Numbered from the stretch's first letter, positions 11,972 through 24,637 are shown. The stretch: DNA of 64,000 nt from Octopus sinensis (GCF_006345805.1 NC_043010.1:26908001-26972000), one strand, 5' to 3'. The notes: generated by a model not told the origin, from the letters alone. Translations and numbers: made by a program.

Positions 11972-14005
11972 TCAGTTTTCTTTTGTCAGAGCCTCCTGAT
12001 AAACCACGTTCCTTGTGCGCTCATGATTGCCAAGAATGAAGAGTTTATGTGGATTTCCAACTCGAGAACAGGCTACGTACAATTGACCATGACTGAAAAC
12101 CGGTTGTGACAGGTTAATGCCTACAATGTCCAGTGATTGTCCTGTGACTTGTTGATTGTCATCGCGAAGCATAGTTTTATCGGAAATTGAAAGTGTTTAA
12201 ACTGAATGGGAACATCAGAGGGTGAAATGCTAATTTTATGTATCATTTTGATTGTTCCTACTCAAAATTTCAGCAGTTATAACATGGCTTTGAATCCTCC
12301 TAATAACCATTCGGGTTCCATTGCATATTTCAGGCGTTTCCATATTTCTGAGCACCATGATTGGAGCACCAACTTTCAAACACAAATGATGAGGTGGAAG
12401 TCCCGGAGGTGTTAGCTTGTTGAGTAGCTCGGGTGGATATTTGACTGCATCATTCTCATCTTTATTTGTATCGATGGACATGAAAGAAACTATCTCACCA
12501 GGATTCATATCAAGTACTTGTTTATTTGTAGCATGAGCTGTTGTATTATGAGGCGATAGAATAGCTCTTGCTCTTAGCCAATCGAGATCCTGGAAGTTGG
12601 TTTCGATGTCAGGTAAAACGGCTCTTATAAGTTCTTCTACATTTGGAACGAAATTCCCAAAAGGCAACCGAATATGCTCATCATCAACGAAAGGCAAAAC
12701 TCCATCACCAAGATCTAATAGGTGTTTTGCGAAAGCCTCAGACTCCACATCACCATGTAGGTGGACTCTCATGTTTGTTTGAAGATGGCGACTGATAACA
12801 CTGTGCCAAACATAAGAATGCTTTATACATGCATTAACCTCATCGGCTCTAGTGCCTGCTCGGACAACAGGAAGAGTTTGTCGAAAATCTCCTTCCATGA
12901 GAAACGTAGCTCCACCCATTATTTTTGTATTGTGACGCAAATCTTGGAGAGTTCTGTCAAGAGCCTCAAACATGGCCTTATTACTCATTGTAGCCTCATC
13001 CCAAATAAAAAGACTGCATTCACGAAGAAGTCTTGCTCTTGAGGAACTACGATCTATATTACATATAGGATTATCTTTCTTTCCAATGTCCATGGGCAAT
13101 TTGAATGCACTATGTGCCGTACGGCCGCCTTGAAGCAGTGTCGCTGCAATACCACTTGAGGCACATGCAATGGCAATTCGACGTTCAGCGCGCAGCTTTG
13201 CGAGAATCAAATTGATAATGAAAGTTTTACCAGTACCACCTGGAGCATTCAAAAAGAAAAGTTTTCCTTGGTTCAATCTAACGCTGTCAATAATTTCATT
13301 ATAAATCTCTCTTTGTTCAGGCAAAAGTCTTGGTTCATCTCGTGTAATTGTTTCCGTCAATTCGGCAATGTTGTAGTTTTTTTCTGACATGTATTCAACA
13401 TCCAAAAGCGCTTCATGATGGACAGGTGTTGGCAGATGGAATTCACTTAAACCGCGTATAACATAGTGTCTGATGTGTCTGTCCATGTCGATTAATGCCT
13501 CATTATAAACATCGTCGTTGCCATCACATAGCGCTAAATTAGCCTGTATGTCCTTTGATAGGCTCTGTCTGAACGATTCCCAAAGGTTAAGAGGGTTGCT
13601 GGGATTACAGTGGATTAATATGCTACAAAACAATCGACGCATTTGCCATGGCAGTTTACAATTTGAGGCCTCTGCTAATGTCCTGTGTAAGTGGTCGCCA
13701 TTGAGAAGAAGTCCGCGCCTCAAACATGCTTCCCTGTAAGTGGTGCAGATGATACCATCAACTGTGCGAAGATCAGCAAAAGACTTTGGTCTAGTAACTA
13801 CATGAAGTAGCATTCTCAAAAAGATTTCCTGTTTGGTAGGATGAATATTATACACATGCCCAATGACGTTCTTCCTAGAAACACCGGGCCAATTGTCAAG
13901 TTCTGTTCCATGTGACCTGTGCTTCCAATTATTGTTGTTGTATGTGTAATATTCCGGTACTTCAGGGTAAATGAGAGTAGCAGCAAACTCATCAACTGAA
14001 CACAA
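11972..14005 (-). pseudogene. Helitron PIF1-like SF1 helicase (589-aa ORF plus frameshifted C-terminus)
   Basis: Motifs NAPGGTGKTF, SSGIAA, GRTAHS, DEATM, GDFRQTLPV, LKVGAPIMVLRN, CNGTR; C-terminal GQSL...VFSHGQLYVACSRV in ORF 11972-12172. Confidence 0.93.
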
Positions 14006-14059
14006 TTTTAAAAATGCTGTAAGCGTAGTCCCTTTTGGATTTTCAATGACTTGACGTGC

Positions 14060-14440
14060 ATTTTTCTCTGTGAAGTAAACCAGCTGTCTCTTCTGTAAAT
14101 GAACATTCAGGTGGAAAAGTGATGGTGAGCTTAGATGAATCTCGTATCAAAAAATGCGCTACGCTGCATAATTGGAGGATACATACCTACCCAAAACGAA
14201 TTGTTTAATTTCGTCATGTCTAAGGTCTTCATCACTGAACACAAACACGGCCATATCATCGCCCTTATTAATGTACTTGCAGAGGTATTGTATGCATCTC
14301 ACCGAACTGCAGTACTCAACATTAATGTGTGCATTAAATGTTTTGGAAAGCAAAGGGTTGAATGGAACGATCCAAGCATTATCAACATCGAATGTTTTTA
14401 GCTGTTGTCTAATTGTAGCTGTGCGGCCACCCAAACCTGA
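14060..14440 (-). pseudogene. Helitron Rep (HUH) domain fragment
   Basis: DNAWIVPFNPLLSKTFNAHINVEYCSSVRCIQYLCKYINKG (YxxKY motif) ...DEIKQFVLGRYVSS. Confidence 0.88.
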
Positions 14441-15227
14441 GTCACATATATGAAAGAGAGGACAGGAAAATGAAATATTTTGCAATGTAAACATGATTTG
14501 TTTTAAAAGAAAGATTGTCATGATTGTGTGTTGGTGGTGGCGATGATAATTATCATTAGGAAAAAGATAAGTTGTGGCGATGATAATTCTAGATCCCTTT
14601 TCACATTTTGATGAAGAGAACCCGATTTCATTCGGGTCTACTGGGGCCACATATAGGTGTGTGTGTGTGTATGCACGCTGTAGAAATTAAACTAGAGATC
14701 AAACCACTAATAGGGAAATGAAACAGTAAAAAACAAAAATAAAAATATAATATTAGATATATGTATATATGTGTGTTTGTGTGTGTGTGTTGACAGGTAG
14801 ACAATAGATGGCGATGGCGATGTAATATTTGTTTCTGTCTATGAACGCAGATAGATACATGAGTAAAATGTATAGGAAGCTAAGAGATAGAGTGAGTGAA
14901 AATGTTCTTGGAAGAGAGGAAATAGCGAGAGAGTGATTTGAGGAAGACTTTACATTAAATAACGGTAGTGGCATTGTCATATGAAGAGGAGTGAGAGGGT
15001 ACTGGAGGAAATAGGGTGAGTGAGGAAGATGGCCCCTAGCAACCAGACCTTTTAAGATAGGGATTTCTAAGGTAGCCCACGAGCATCGTCACCTCATTCT
15101 ACATGTCCCTGTAAATTTTGGAGTGAATCGGACGGGATGTAGTGGCATTGAAAGCGATCCAAGCGGTAAAAACGCATTTCAGTTTTATATATATATATAT
15201 ACCTGTATTTATGTGCCTATCTGGTAT

Positions 15228-15284
15228 ATTCAACTGAAGAAGGCAGAGGTTCTCATGCAAAGCCAGAAATCTAGCATCTTGAAT
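15228..15284 (+). ncRNA. Degenerate type I hammerhead-like motif
   Basis: Stem I attcaa/ttgaat (6 bp); CTGAAGA; ggc...gcc stem II with A.A at its base; GAAA; ATCTAGCAT (one base short of a palindrome); AUC site. Confidence 0.45.
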
Positions 15285-15413
15285 TATCCAGAAAAATCCT
15301 TTTTTGCTAGTTTATTTTGTCTCTCTGTCTTTTTTCCTAGCGCTGTGGCTTTAGGATCAGGGTTTTGAGTGCTATTTCAGTATGGTGGTATCTCTCAGAT
15401 ACCCTAATTTATA

Positions 15414-15491
<78 letters not shown>

Positions 15492-15553
15492 TATATTTAT
15501 ATATATAATATATTATATATATATATATATAGATATATATATATATATATATA

Positions 15554-15585
<32 letters not shown>

Positions 15586-15639
15586 ATATATACGTATTTT
15601 GTTTTTTGTTTTTCCAGTTTCAGCTCTTGAGCTGTGGCC

Positions 15640-15812
15640 ATGCTGGGGCACCGCCATTGTGGTGAAAGAGTACAGCAGGGATCACCACCCCCTGCCGGAG
15701 CCTCGTAGAGCTTTTAGGTGTTTTCGCTCAATAAACACACACAACGCCCGGTCTGAGAATCGAAACCGCGATCCTGCGACCGCGAGTCCGCTGCCCTAAC
15801 CACTAGGCCATT
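15640..15812 (-). mobile_element. tRNA-derived SINE
   Basis: Minus strand A-box tggcctagtggttagg and B-box ggtttcgattc. Confidence 0.8.
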
Positions 15813-16149
15813 ATAAAAATGGAACAAAAACACAATAGAGCGCATTAAAACGTTCAGACAGATAGACAACACAAAGGTGGACAAGAGAAACAACAATTTG
15901 AAGGACAGGCAAAAAAGGCGGGTCATTCTTGGCTTTCTTTCTTCAGTCAAGTAGCAGAAGTTACGACCATTTCGGGCAGTTATACATGAAATGGTTCGAT
16001 CTGGTTGTCCCCCAAAAAAGTCTAAGCATTAGACCCCTTTGTAAGAAAACTTGCAAACGTGTATGGCAACAAAGACAAAAATATACAAACAAACATAAAA
16101 AACAGAGAACATGGTACATAATTACGAATACGGACAACAAGAAATAACA

Positions 16150-16465
16150 ACAGGCGTCTTTTGACTGCATCATCCGAACATGGTCGATGCCAGGGCCCCC
16201 TGACTGGCTCCTGTGCCAGTGGCACATAAAAAGCACTATCCAAATGTGATCGATGCCAGGGCTGCCTGACTGGCTCCTGTGCCAGTGACACATAAAAAGC
16301 ATCCACTACACACTCAGAGTGGTTGGCCTAAGGAAGGGCATCCAGCTGTAGAAACATTGCCAGATCAGATTGGAGCCTGGTGCAGCCGCTATTTTTCCAG
16401 TTCTCAGTCAAACCGTCCAACCCATACCAGCATGGAAAACAGACATTAAACAATGATGATGATGA
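16150..16465 (+). mobile_element. RTE 3'-UTR-derived repeat with (GAT)n tail
   Basis: Matches 45560-45870; ends catggaaaacagacattaaacaatgatgatg. Confidence 0.75.
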
Positions 16466-17187
16466 TATGTGTGTATCCATTCATGTATGTATGTGTATAT
16501 ATGTATGTATGTGTGTATCTATGTTTTTGTGTATATATGTAATGGATGGTTGCATGGATCAATGGATATACTACATCTGAAAGGAGATGGGATGGTCATG
16601 GCCAGAATACATTTCATCATAAGTTTACTCAGTCAGGACTGACCTGAGGTTAAACAACAACAGCAGCCATCTCGCAATTAAAGATCACCAGAGAATACAT
16701 TTTTGAAACTAATTTAGAAAATGCAATTATAATTTTCTGAACTATTAACCTCTTCAACATCTGAGAAGTTATGAAAAGCTTACATACACGCATATGTGCA
16801 CAGACACACATACACACACATATACACACACACACACACATACACGTGTATATATTTGTCTAAAAAATCTGTGAGTCAGAAAAAACAGGCATTCATATAT
16901 CGTTTAATAGAGTGTTTTTTATAAAATATAAAATTCTAGTTTTATAACAGTTGTTTTGCCAGTTTCATACTAGAAAACTGAGAAGACAAAGTTAGCAATC
17001 ATCAGAAAAGACTGGAAGGAATAGTTTGATATGGTCCATACTATTCTTGTCTCTTACAATTTAGGCATCCAGTGGCAAAGACCATTCCCTTCAGCCTTTT
17101 TTTAATGATTGCTGAGTTTTCTTTTTCAATTTTCTGGTATGAAACTGATTGATAAAACAACTGTTATGAGATTATAATTTTGTATTT

Positions 17188-17201
17188 TATTGTTGTTATA
17201 A

Positions 17202-17268
<67 letters not shown>

Positions 17269-17272
17269 TATT

Positions 17273-17304
<32 letters not shown>

Positions 17305-17399
17305 TATTATTATTATTATTATCATTATTATTATTATTTTCATTATTATTATTATTATTATCATCATCATTATTATTATTATTATCATTATTATTATTA

Positions 17400-17474
<75 letters not shown>
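17188..17474. repeat. (ATT)n/(ATC)n compound microsatellite
   Basis: Direct reading; source of the poly-Ile ORFs in the track. Confidence 0.97.
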
Positions 17475-17475
<1 letters not shown>

Positions 17476-18525
17476 TACCTCCACCTTAGCAAAGGTGGAG
17501 GTATTATTTTCAGTTGTGTTTGTTTGTTTGTCCGTGGACAAGATATCTCAAGAACTGCTTGATGGATTCATACGAAACTTTCAGGGATGTTTGGCCTCAT
17601 GACTGGAACGAGCTGATTAGATTTTTGGGATCGATCTGGAACTGGACAAGGATTCTGGATTATTTGTTATATTTACTTTATTTTACATGAAGTATTATGA
17701 TCTTATGTTGACTTTCAAGTTTTTTCTGATTATCTCCCTTGAAAGCACGTACATGGTTTCCATGTAAGTTATGGCAGCATTGCTGTTTCCAAAGTTTTAT
17801 TTTCGCTTTTCTGTTATTAATTTTACTTGTGTCTCTGTCCTAGTAGAAACTGATGGATAAAGAAATCAAACTCCATAAACAAATGGCAGCAAAACTGTTC
17901 AAAAATTAAATAACACATATTCAGTAACAATAATAAATTTAATCTATCCTCAACAAATTTAAATTTTACCAATTTTGAATATATTGCTCCTATATAAAAC
18001 ATTTTACCTACTTGACAATTGCATTTCTAGCATTGCTTTGAAGGAAGCTTTACTTCTTGGACTACCGTTTCTATGCACATCGATGTTGTTAAACCTCCAT
18101 TAACAGCACTGTATGCAGGTCCTTTCTGTTTTCTTTCATGCATAGATAAATTTTTCATTATAGAGCTTAATGGTCGTAAAGACACTATATCAGTGGATAG
18201 AATAAAAAAGGCCTTCATAGAGAAAACTGTCCCTGTTCCCACTGCAGACGACACACACACAGCATTACAAATACGGCCCACACACCCACCTTCACATTCC
18301 ATGACTACCAATGGGATCGATCAGGTACCGGGCAAGGATTCTGGATTATTTTTCCAGTTTTCTTACTTAAATTTTGTGTGTGGTTAGGTTCATTTTTGGC
18401 ATTCTCATTTGTGAGAGCAGTTGAGTTTATTTCAGATATTCTCATTTTAAAAATCATCTCTGGCTAATCGTTGAGATGTTGGTGTTGCTTTGGCAGAGGT
18501 TTGCACTCTCTGAATGCTCTTGTTA
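17475..18525 (+). mobile_element. Helentron-associated (HINE/DINE-1-like) non-autonomous element with internal insert
   Basis: 5' palindrome tacctccacc-ttagcaaa-ggtggaggta, then (GTTT)n; 3' ggcagaggtttgcactctctgaatgctcttgtt. Family assignment by recalled architecture. Confidence 0.55.
18073..18230 (+). pseudogene. Gypsy LTR-retrotransposon integrase C-terminal (GPY/F) fragment
   Basis: KPPLTALYAGPFCFLSCIDKFFIIELNGRKDTISVDRIKKAF fits the PPLxxxYxGPF...GRxDTVSxDRLK consensus. Confidence 0.78.
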
Positions 18526-19011
18526 TTAATAATGATAATAATAATAATAATAATAATTATAATTATAATTATAATTATAATAATAAAATTCAAAACTATA
18601 GAAATTCAAATCTAGAATGTGAGCGAGAGCAACCAGTGTCCATACATTGGTGGAATGACATCATCAGTCTTCAAGTTTCAATTTTACAACTGGCAAAAGA
18701 AAAAGAAAGGGGAAAAAAGAGAAAAGGAAAGAAAAAGAAAAAGAAAATGAAGAATATTTAATCTAAAAGTTTTGAGTAAATTTGATGAAATTCTCCTGTC
18801 ATTTTATTCATGCCGCCAGGCCTTGATGTTAATAACCTGCAAACCTATTTCTCCTCATGCATTTTGAGTATTGAAAGTGTAACAGATTCAGAATATTTTC
18901 TGAGAATATGCACTTTCAAGGCTTTTTCAAAATTGCAGCCATTTGATGCAAATTATTTGGCAAGATCTCTCAAACTACTGTTATTATGCCTAGCTGTAAA
19001 TTAGCACAATC

Positions 19012-19045
<34 letters not shown>

Positions 19046-19059
19046 TAATAAAAAAAATT

Positions 19060-22021
19060 TTTTAATTTAAAAAAAGTGATATCACTGAGCTAAATGACTT
19101 AATATACGCAGCAGCCACTGCAGCCACAAAAGATGCTGGATACTCACTCAAACCCGCCCAAACAAGAGTACCACCACCCAAACAAACCCTGTGGATAAAT
19201 AACATCCAAAACAAAATAAAAAAATTAGAAAAGACCTGTCGATTCTTAATGAAATCAGCAAACAATCAACGCTACTGAGCAACAAAAAGAAAACAAAAAT
19301 ACTCCGCAAATATAACATCACAGAGAAAGATTTGCCTGAGATAAAAGAAAAGCTGAAGCAAGATATCCTTGCCAAAGCACAAAGGATCCGCCGGTACGAG
19401 AAACGCCAACGCTTCTTTGAACAAAACAAAAAGTTCAACTCCAACCCCAAAAAGTTCTACCAAGAACTGGGCAAAAATAAAATAGAAGTCACTGCAGCAC
19501 CAACGGCAGAAGAATTGGAAGAATTCTGGAAAGAAATATGGTCGGCGAACGAACAACCAAAAAAAAGGAGTATCAAAATAACAAACTCGGTATCTGAACA
19601 ACTTTGGACCCCCATAACAACTGAAGAGGTCACCCAGGCACTGCAAAGACTAAGCAACTGGAAGGTACCTGGGCATGACAAGATCCCCAACTTCTGGTTG
19701 AAATATCTAACAGGAATGCACAAAAAGCTGGCTGAAAACTTTAACAACATACTAGCAGAGCCAGAGACAATGCCTGAATGGCTCACGAAGGGGAAAACCA
19801 TCTTAATTCCCAAATCAAATGAAACAGCAAAACCAGAAAACTACAAACCAATAACCTGCCTCCCTACTATGTTCAAGGCATTTACTGCAGTGATATCGCA
19901 AAGGCTGAACAAGCACCTGGACGAAAACAAACTGTTCCCAGAAGAGCAGAAAGGATGCCGCAAAGGCTCATATGGCTGTAAAGATCAACTAATGATTAAT
20001 AAAGCCATAACTGAAGACAGCCACAGAAAGAAGAAAGGCCTCAGTATGGCCTGGATTGACTACAAAAAGGCGTTTGATAGCATCCCCCACACATGGATCC
20101 TCGAAACACTAGCCATTAACAAAGTAGCACCAACAATCATAAAATTCATAGAGCACTCTATGAATAAATGGCAAACAGTCCTACACCTCCAAACAAAAGA
20201 GGGACTCATGAAAACCAAAGACATCCCCATTAGAAGAGGAATATTCCAGGGAGACACGCTCTCTCCACTCTTTTTCTGCTTGGCACTGTCACCTCTATCT
20301 GATATACTAAATAGAACTGGATGCGGATATAAATGTTACGGCAAAACGATCAGCCACCTTTTATATATGGATGACCTAAAACTATACGCTGCAAATGACA
20401 AACAGCTGGAAACACTATTAAAGACAGTTCATGGATTTACCAAAGAAATAGATATGAAATTTGGATTAGAAAAATGCGCCAAAGTAACCATGAAAAGAGG
20501 AAAACTAGTTAAGAGTAACAACATCACACTAGATAAAACCAATGAAATAAAAGAATTAGACCAAAGCCAAACTTACAAATACTTAGGAATCCATGAACTA
20601 GATAAGACACACACACACAAATGAAAGAGAAAATAAAAAAAGAATATTATAGACGAGTTAGATCAATACTAAAAACAGAGCTCAATGCTAAAAACAAGAT
20701 AATAGGTATCAACACTTTAGCTGTCCCAGTTATAAGTTACAGCTACAATATCCTTAACTGGACACGAAATGAACTGACCAAAATAGATAGGAAAACAAGA
20801 AAAATAATGACAGGATCTAGGATGCATCACCCAAAATCTGACATAGAAAGACTATATATACAACGTATAGAAGGTGGTAGAGGCCTTATACAGCTGGAAA
20901 ACTACTATAAAATAACCACCATAGGACTGCAAAAATATCTACTTCAGAAGGAAGGCAAACTGATCCAGATAGCGGCAAAACATGAGCGAAACAAAAAACT
21001 GTTCTCAGTATTTAAGGAAGCTGACAAATACAAACAAGAAATCATACCACCTAATAAACATGAAGAAGAAGAAGAAGAAGATGAAGAAACAACAAAAGCT
21101 ATAAAACAAATGAAATCCAAACTAAAAATAGAACAGCAACGAACCATGATAAAACGATGGCAAGAAAAGCCCCTTCATGGTAAATACTGGACTAAACTAA
21201 ACGCAAAAGAAATAGACAAAGAAAAATCCCAGCAATGGTTGAGAAGCTCAGGACTCAAAGCAGAAACAGAGGGATTTTTAATTGCAGCACAAGACCAAAG
21301 CCTCCCCACCAGAAATTACCAAAAACATGTAATGAAAAGAAATATTACAAGTAACTGCAGAATATGTGGAGATGGACAAGAAACAATAAATCATATTATC
21401 TCTAGCTGCCCAGTCCTGGCTAAGAAGGAATATATTCACAGACATGACAGAGTTGGAACCTACATACATTGGAAGCTGTGCCAACATTATGGAATAACAA
21501 CAGAAAAAAGATGGTATAGGCACACACCAGAAAAGGTCACAGAAAACGAGAAAGCAACCATACTCTGGGATATGCCGATACACACAGATAGAGAAATTAA
21601 GGCCAACAGACCAGATATAGTTGTCAGAGATCATGAAGAAAAATATGCTTTCTAATTGATGTATCAATACCGGCAGATGACAATGTGTCTCTAAAAGAAA
21701 TGGAGAAACTCTCAAAATACAAAGACCTGGAAATAGAGGTAACTAGAATGTGGAATCTGAAAACAGAAACAATCCCTATCATAGTAGGTGCATTAGGCAT
21801 GATAAAAAAATATTCAGACAAATACATAACAAAAACACCAGGACTTACAAACACATATAACATACAGAAAATTGCACTACTAGGCACTGCACACATCCTA
21901 CGCAGAACACTTTCCATACAATAACCATCAGAGTATCACAACAAATCACAGCACATACCCAAGACACACAGAGCTGCGCTCGGTAGTGAAGTGAAAGCAC
22001 GCTATAAAAATAAAACTACTC
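19060..22021 (+). mobile_element. R4/Dong-clade RLE non-LTR retrotransposon, 5'-truncated, inserted in (TAA)n
   Basis: RT motifs (QKGC, WIDYKKAFDS, GIFQGDTLSP, LLYMDDLKL), CCHC finger CRICGDGQETINHIISSC, RLE motifs RPDIVVRD..LIDVSIP..EKLSKY, terminal ALLGTAHILR. Frameshifts near 20615 and 21645. (TAA)n on both sides. Confidence 0.9.
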
Positions 22022-22025
22022 AATA

Positions 22026-22060
<35 letters not shown>

Positions 22061-22074
22061 AATAATAATCCTTT

Positions 22075-22275
22075 CTACTAAAGGCACGAGACCTAAAATT
22101 TTGTGGGAGTGGACCAGTCAATCACAACAACCCCAGTGTTTCACTGCTTCTTAATTTATCAACCCCAAACAGATGAAAGGCAAAGTTGACCTCGGCTGAA
22201 TTTGAACTCAGAATGTAAAGCCAGAAGAAATGCTACTTAACATTTTATCCAGTGCAGTGATGAGTCTGCCTGCTC
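22075..22275 (-). mobile_element. SINE (family of 23826-24045)
   Basis: Reverse-complement similarity (gaatttgaactcagaa, aggcaaagttgacctcggc). Confidence 0.65.
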
Positions 22276-22503
22276 ACTTCTGTATTGATGAGGATGATGA
22301 TGATGATGTGTGTGCGTGTGTGGTGTTTGTAGTTGCAGGCTAGAAGTTCCAAACAGTACTCAATACCAAGATGCTAGAGCTGTTCCAGATTATTACAACT
22401 GGCACCTCATATTTTACATTCCCAATTATCAAACTGTAACCAGTTGATCTTACCATAGTAAGATCAACAACAAAAACATTCTCCATCCACTGAGAGATAA
22501 ATG

Positions 22504-22764
22504 TTGTTCAATGTACACTGTATGTAGTTATGAGCTACTAATAGTTTCATACATTGGAGATGTTGTCTAGGCAGGTTTTAATAACACACCTTGTGTCTCC
22601 AAGCAATATTCAGGCTCTGAGTACATAGCCTATATACATGACTATGTGCTCAGAACCTAAAAAATTGATTGTAGACAAGGTGTGTTATTAAAACCTGCCT
22701 AGACAACATCTCCAATGTATGAAGCTATTTGTAGCCCATAACTACATACTGTGTGCATTGAACA

Positions 22765-22765
<1 letters not shown>
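22504..22765. repeat. ~260-bp palindrome, 9-nt loop
   Basis: Arms ~127 bp around tatatacat (22631-22639); inner part more diverged than outer. Confidence 0.88.
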
Positions 22766-22796
<31 letters not shown>

Positions 22797-23240
22797 GTAG
22801 ATAGACAGACAAACAGACAGATAGATGGATAGATAGATAGATAGATAGTTTGATAGATAGATGGATGTATGATGGATGGACGGACAGACAGATAGATAGA
22901 TAGAAAGATACTTGGCAACCCCACTGGTAGCTGGTGTGATGTAAAATGCACCAGTACTGACACCACACAAGATACCTAGTGCACTCTGAAAATGGTTGGC
23001 ATTAGAAAGTGCATCCAGCCATTGAAACTTTACCAAAACAGACACCTGGAACCTGCTGCAGTTCTCTGGCTTGCCAGCTCCAGTCAAACTCTCCAACCCA
23101 TGACAGCATGGAAGAGAAACATTAAATTTTGATGATGATGACGATGGTGAATGTTACATATTTATTATATCCTACCTTGATACTATGTGGACTAAGATCC
23201 TCATTGACAAGCTGCTGTTATTTATAGAGTGTTAAACACT

Positions 23241-23613
23241 TTCGGTATGCAAATTAGGGACACCTTCATAGAGTAACTGCTGCATTTGCTGAGTATATAA
23301 ACAGTTTGGCTGCTTCTTTCTCTGGAGACTGTCAGAATGTTGTGGACTCCTCTGATGAGAACCCAATTAAGGTTTGAAAATCAATTAAGGATGTTCATCA
23401 CATTTTTTTCCCAGTCTGTGGAGAAGTGGCTAAAATTTGCCACATTTATAATTATAAACAGCACATTTTAGCCATTTCTCCACAGACTGAAGAAAATGAT
23501 GAGCAAGCATACATCATTCTGACAGTCTCCAGAGAAGCAAGCAGCCAAACTGTTTATATACTCAACAAATGCAGCAGTTACTCTATGAAGGAGTCCCTAA
23601 TTTGCATACCGAA
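23241..23613. repeat. Nested fold-back A-HHR-B-loop-B'-A'
   Basis: A 23241-23339 / A' 23515-23613; B ~23392-23440 / B' ~23465-23505. Confidence 0.88.
23348..23391 (+). ncRNA. Minimal type I hammerhead-like motif
   Basis: Stem I tcct/agga; CTGATGA; gaacc-caattaa-ggttt; GAAA; AATCAATT (one mismatch from palindrome AATTAATT); UUA site. Confidence 0.55.
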
Positions 23614-23617
23614 TGTA

Positions 23618-23670
<53 letters not shown>

Positions 23671-23681
23671 TCTAGCAAAAA

Positions 23682-23719
23682 CTGTCTGACGAATGGGAAC
23701 GTGAAACTCAGAGCAACAG
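23682..23719 (+). ncRNA. Minimal type I hammerhead with mutated cleavage triplet
   Basis: Stem I ctgt/acag; CTGACGA; atg-ggaa-cgt; GAAA; ctc-a-gag; triplet GCA here but GTA in the related copy at 58700. Confidence 0.55.
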
Positions 23720-23825
23720 GTTTTGTTGAATTTTCTGCTGCTTTAAATAAAGCATATTACTCTACCACTGGTATTTGAGTACTCTTTTTTCCACCTTGTT
23801 TCACATTTATGTGTTTACTCTGGTA

Positions 23826-24045
23826 TGGCGAGCTGGCAGAAACGTTAGCACGCCGGGCGAAATGCTTAGCGGTATTTCCTCTGTCGTTACGTTCTGAGTT
23901 CAAATTCCGCCGAGGTCGACTTTGCCTTTCATCCTCTCGGGGTCGATAAATAAAGTACCAGTTTCGCACTGGGGTCGATGTAATCGACTTAATCCGTTGG
24001 TCTGTCCTTGTTTGTCCCCTCTATGTTTAACCCCTTGTGGGCTGT
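23826..24045 (+). mobile_element. tRNA-like-head SINE
   Basis: ggcgagctggcagaaacgttagc...B-box gagttcaaattcc; related copies at 22075 and 32020-32625. Confidence 0.75.
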
Positions 24046-24217
24046 AACGAAATATATATATATATATATTCTCGGCTTTTTCATAAACGTTTAAAGAAAT
24101 ATTCCCTATCACCACAAAAGGAGACTTTTCTCACTGCCACCACCACACAGCATGCAAGCTCATTAACTTTACTAAAGAAGATAGTAATTGACTCCCTTTT
24201 TTTCTGTCTTTTTACAG

Positions 24218-24312
24218 CAACTTACCACTGCTCTCTGATTATAACAACATGATTCAAATGAAATTACAGAGCAGCTTACCTCAGAAACCTAGAAAAGAAA
24301 TCACTAACACAG
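24218..24312 (+). CDS. CFAP99: Internal coding exon of a CFAP99-like gene (cilia- and flagella-associated protein 99)
   Basis: Acceptor ctccctttttttctgtctttttacag and donor ACAG|gtacgt. 95 bp with a single open frame, (x)NLPLLSDYNNMIQMKLQSSLPQKPRKEITNT plus 1 nt, which joins the phase-1 start of the 31302 exon. Gene identity comes from the two downstream exons. Confidence 0.7.
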
Positions 24313-24592
24313 GTACGTTGTCGAAGAGAATGTTGTGTTTTTTACACCTAAAAGGGTAAAGTGACTGGATCTTTTTGACAGGGGGAAGAGTTCTTCCTGT
24401 GTTTTATTATTATTATTATTATTATTTTGCGTAATTACTTTTTGTGTGGATGGTTTTGTTTTGTTTTTTATTAGATTTTCTTTAGTTTTTGCATTAAAAA
24501 ACAATGTTTTTGTTTTTTTACCATTGGTCTGGTGCAAGTACTGCTGCAGTTGTAGTAGTGGTGGCAGCAGCTGTGGCAGTGGTGGTGGTGGC

Positions 24593-24637
<45 letters not shown>

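Larger units (their letters stand above)
11036..15200 (-). mobile_element. Decayed autonomous Helitron (RepHel)
   Basis: Minus-strand 3' hairpin + CTAG|T at 11036; probable 5' end (tatatatataaaactgaaatg) near 15200; encloses Rep and PIF1-helicase coding remnants. Confidence 0.88.
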
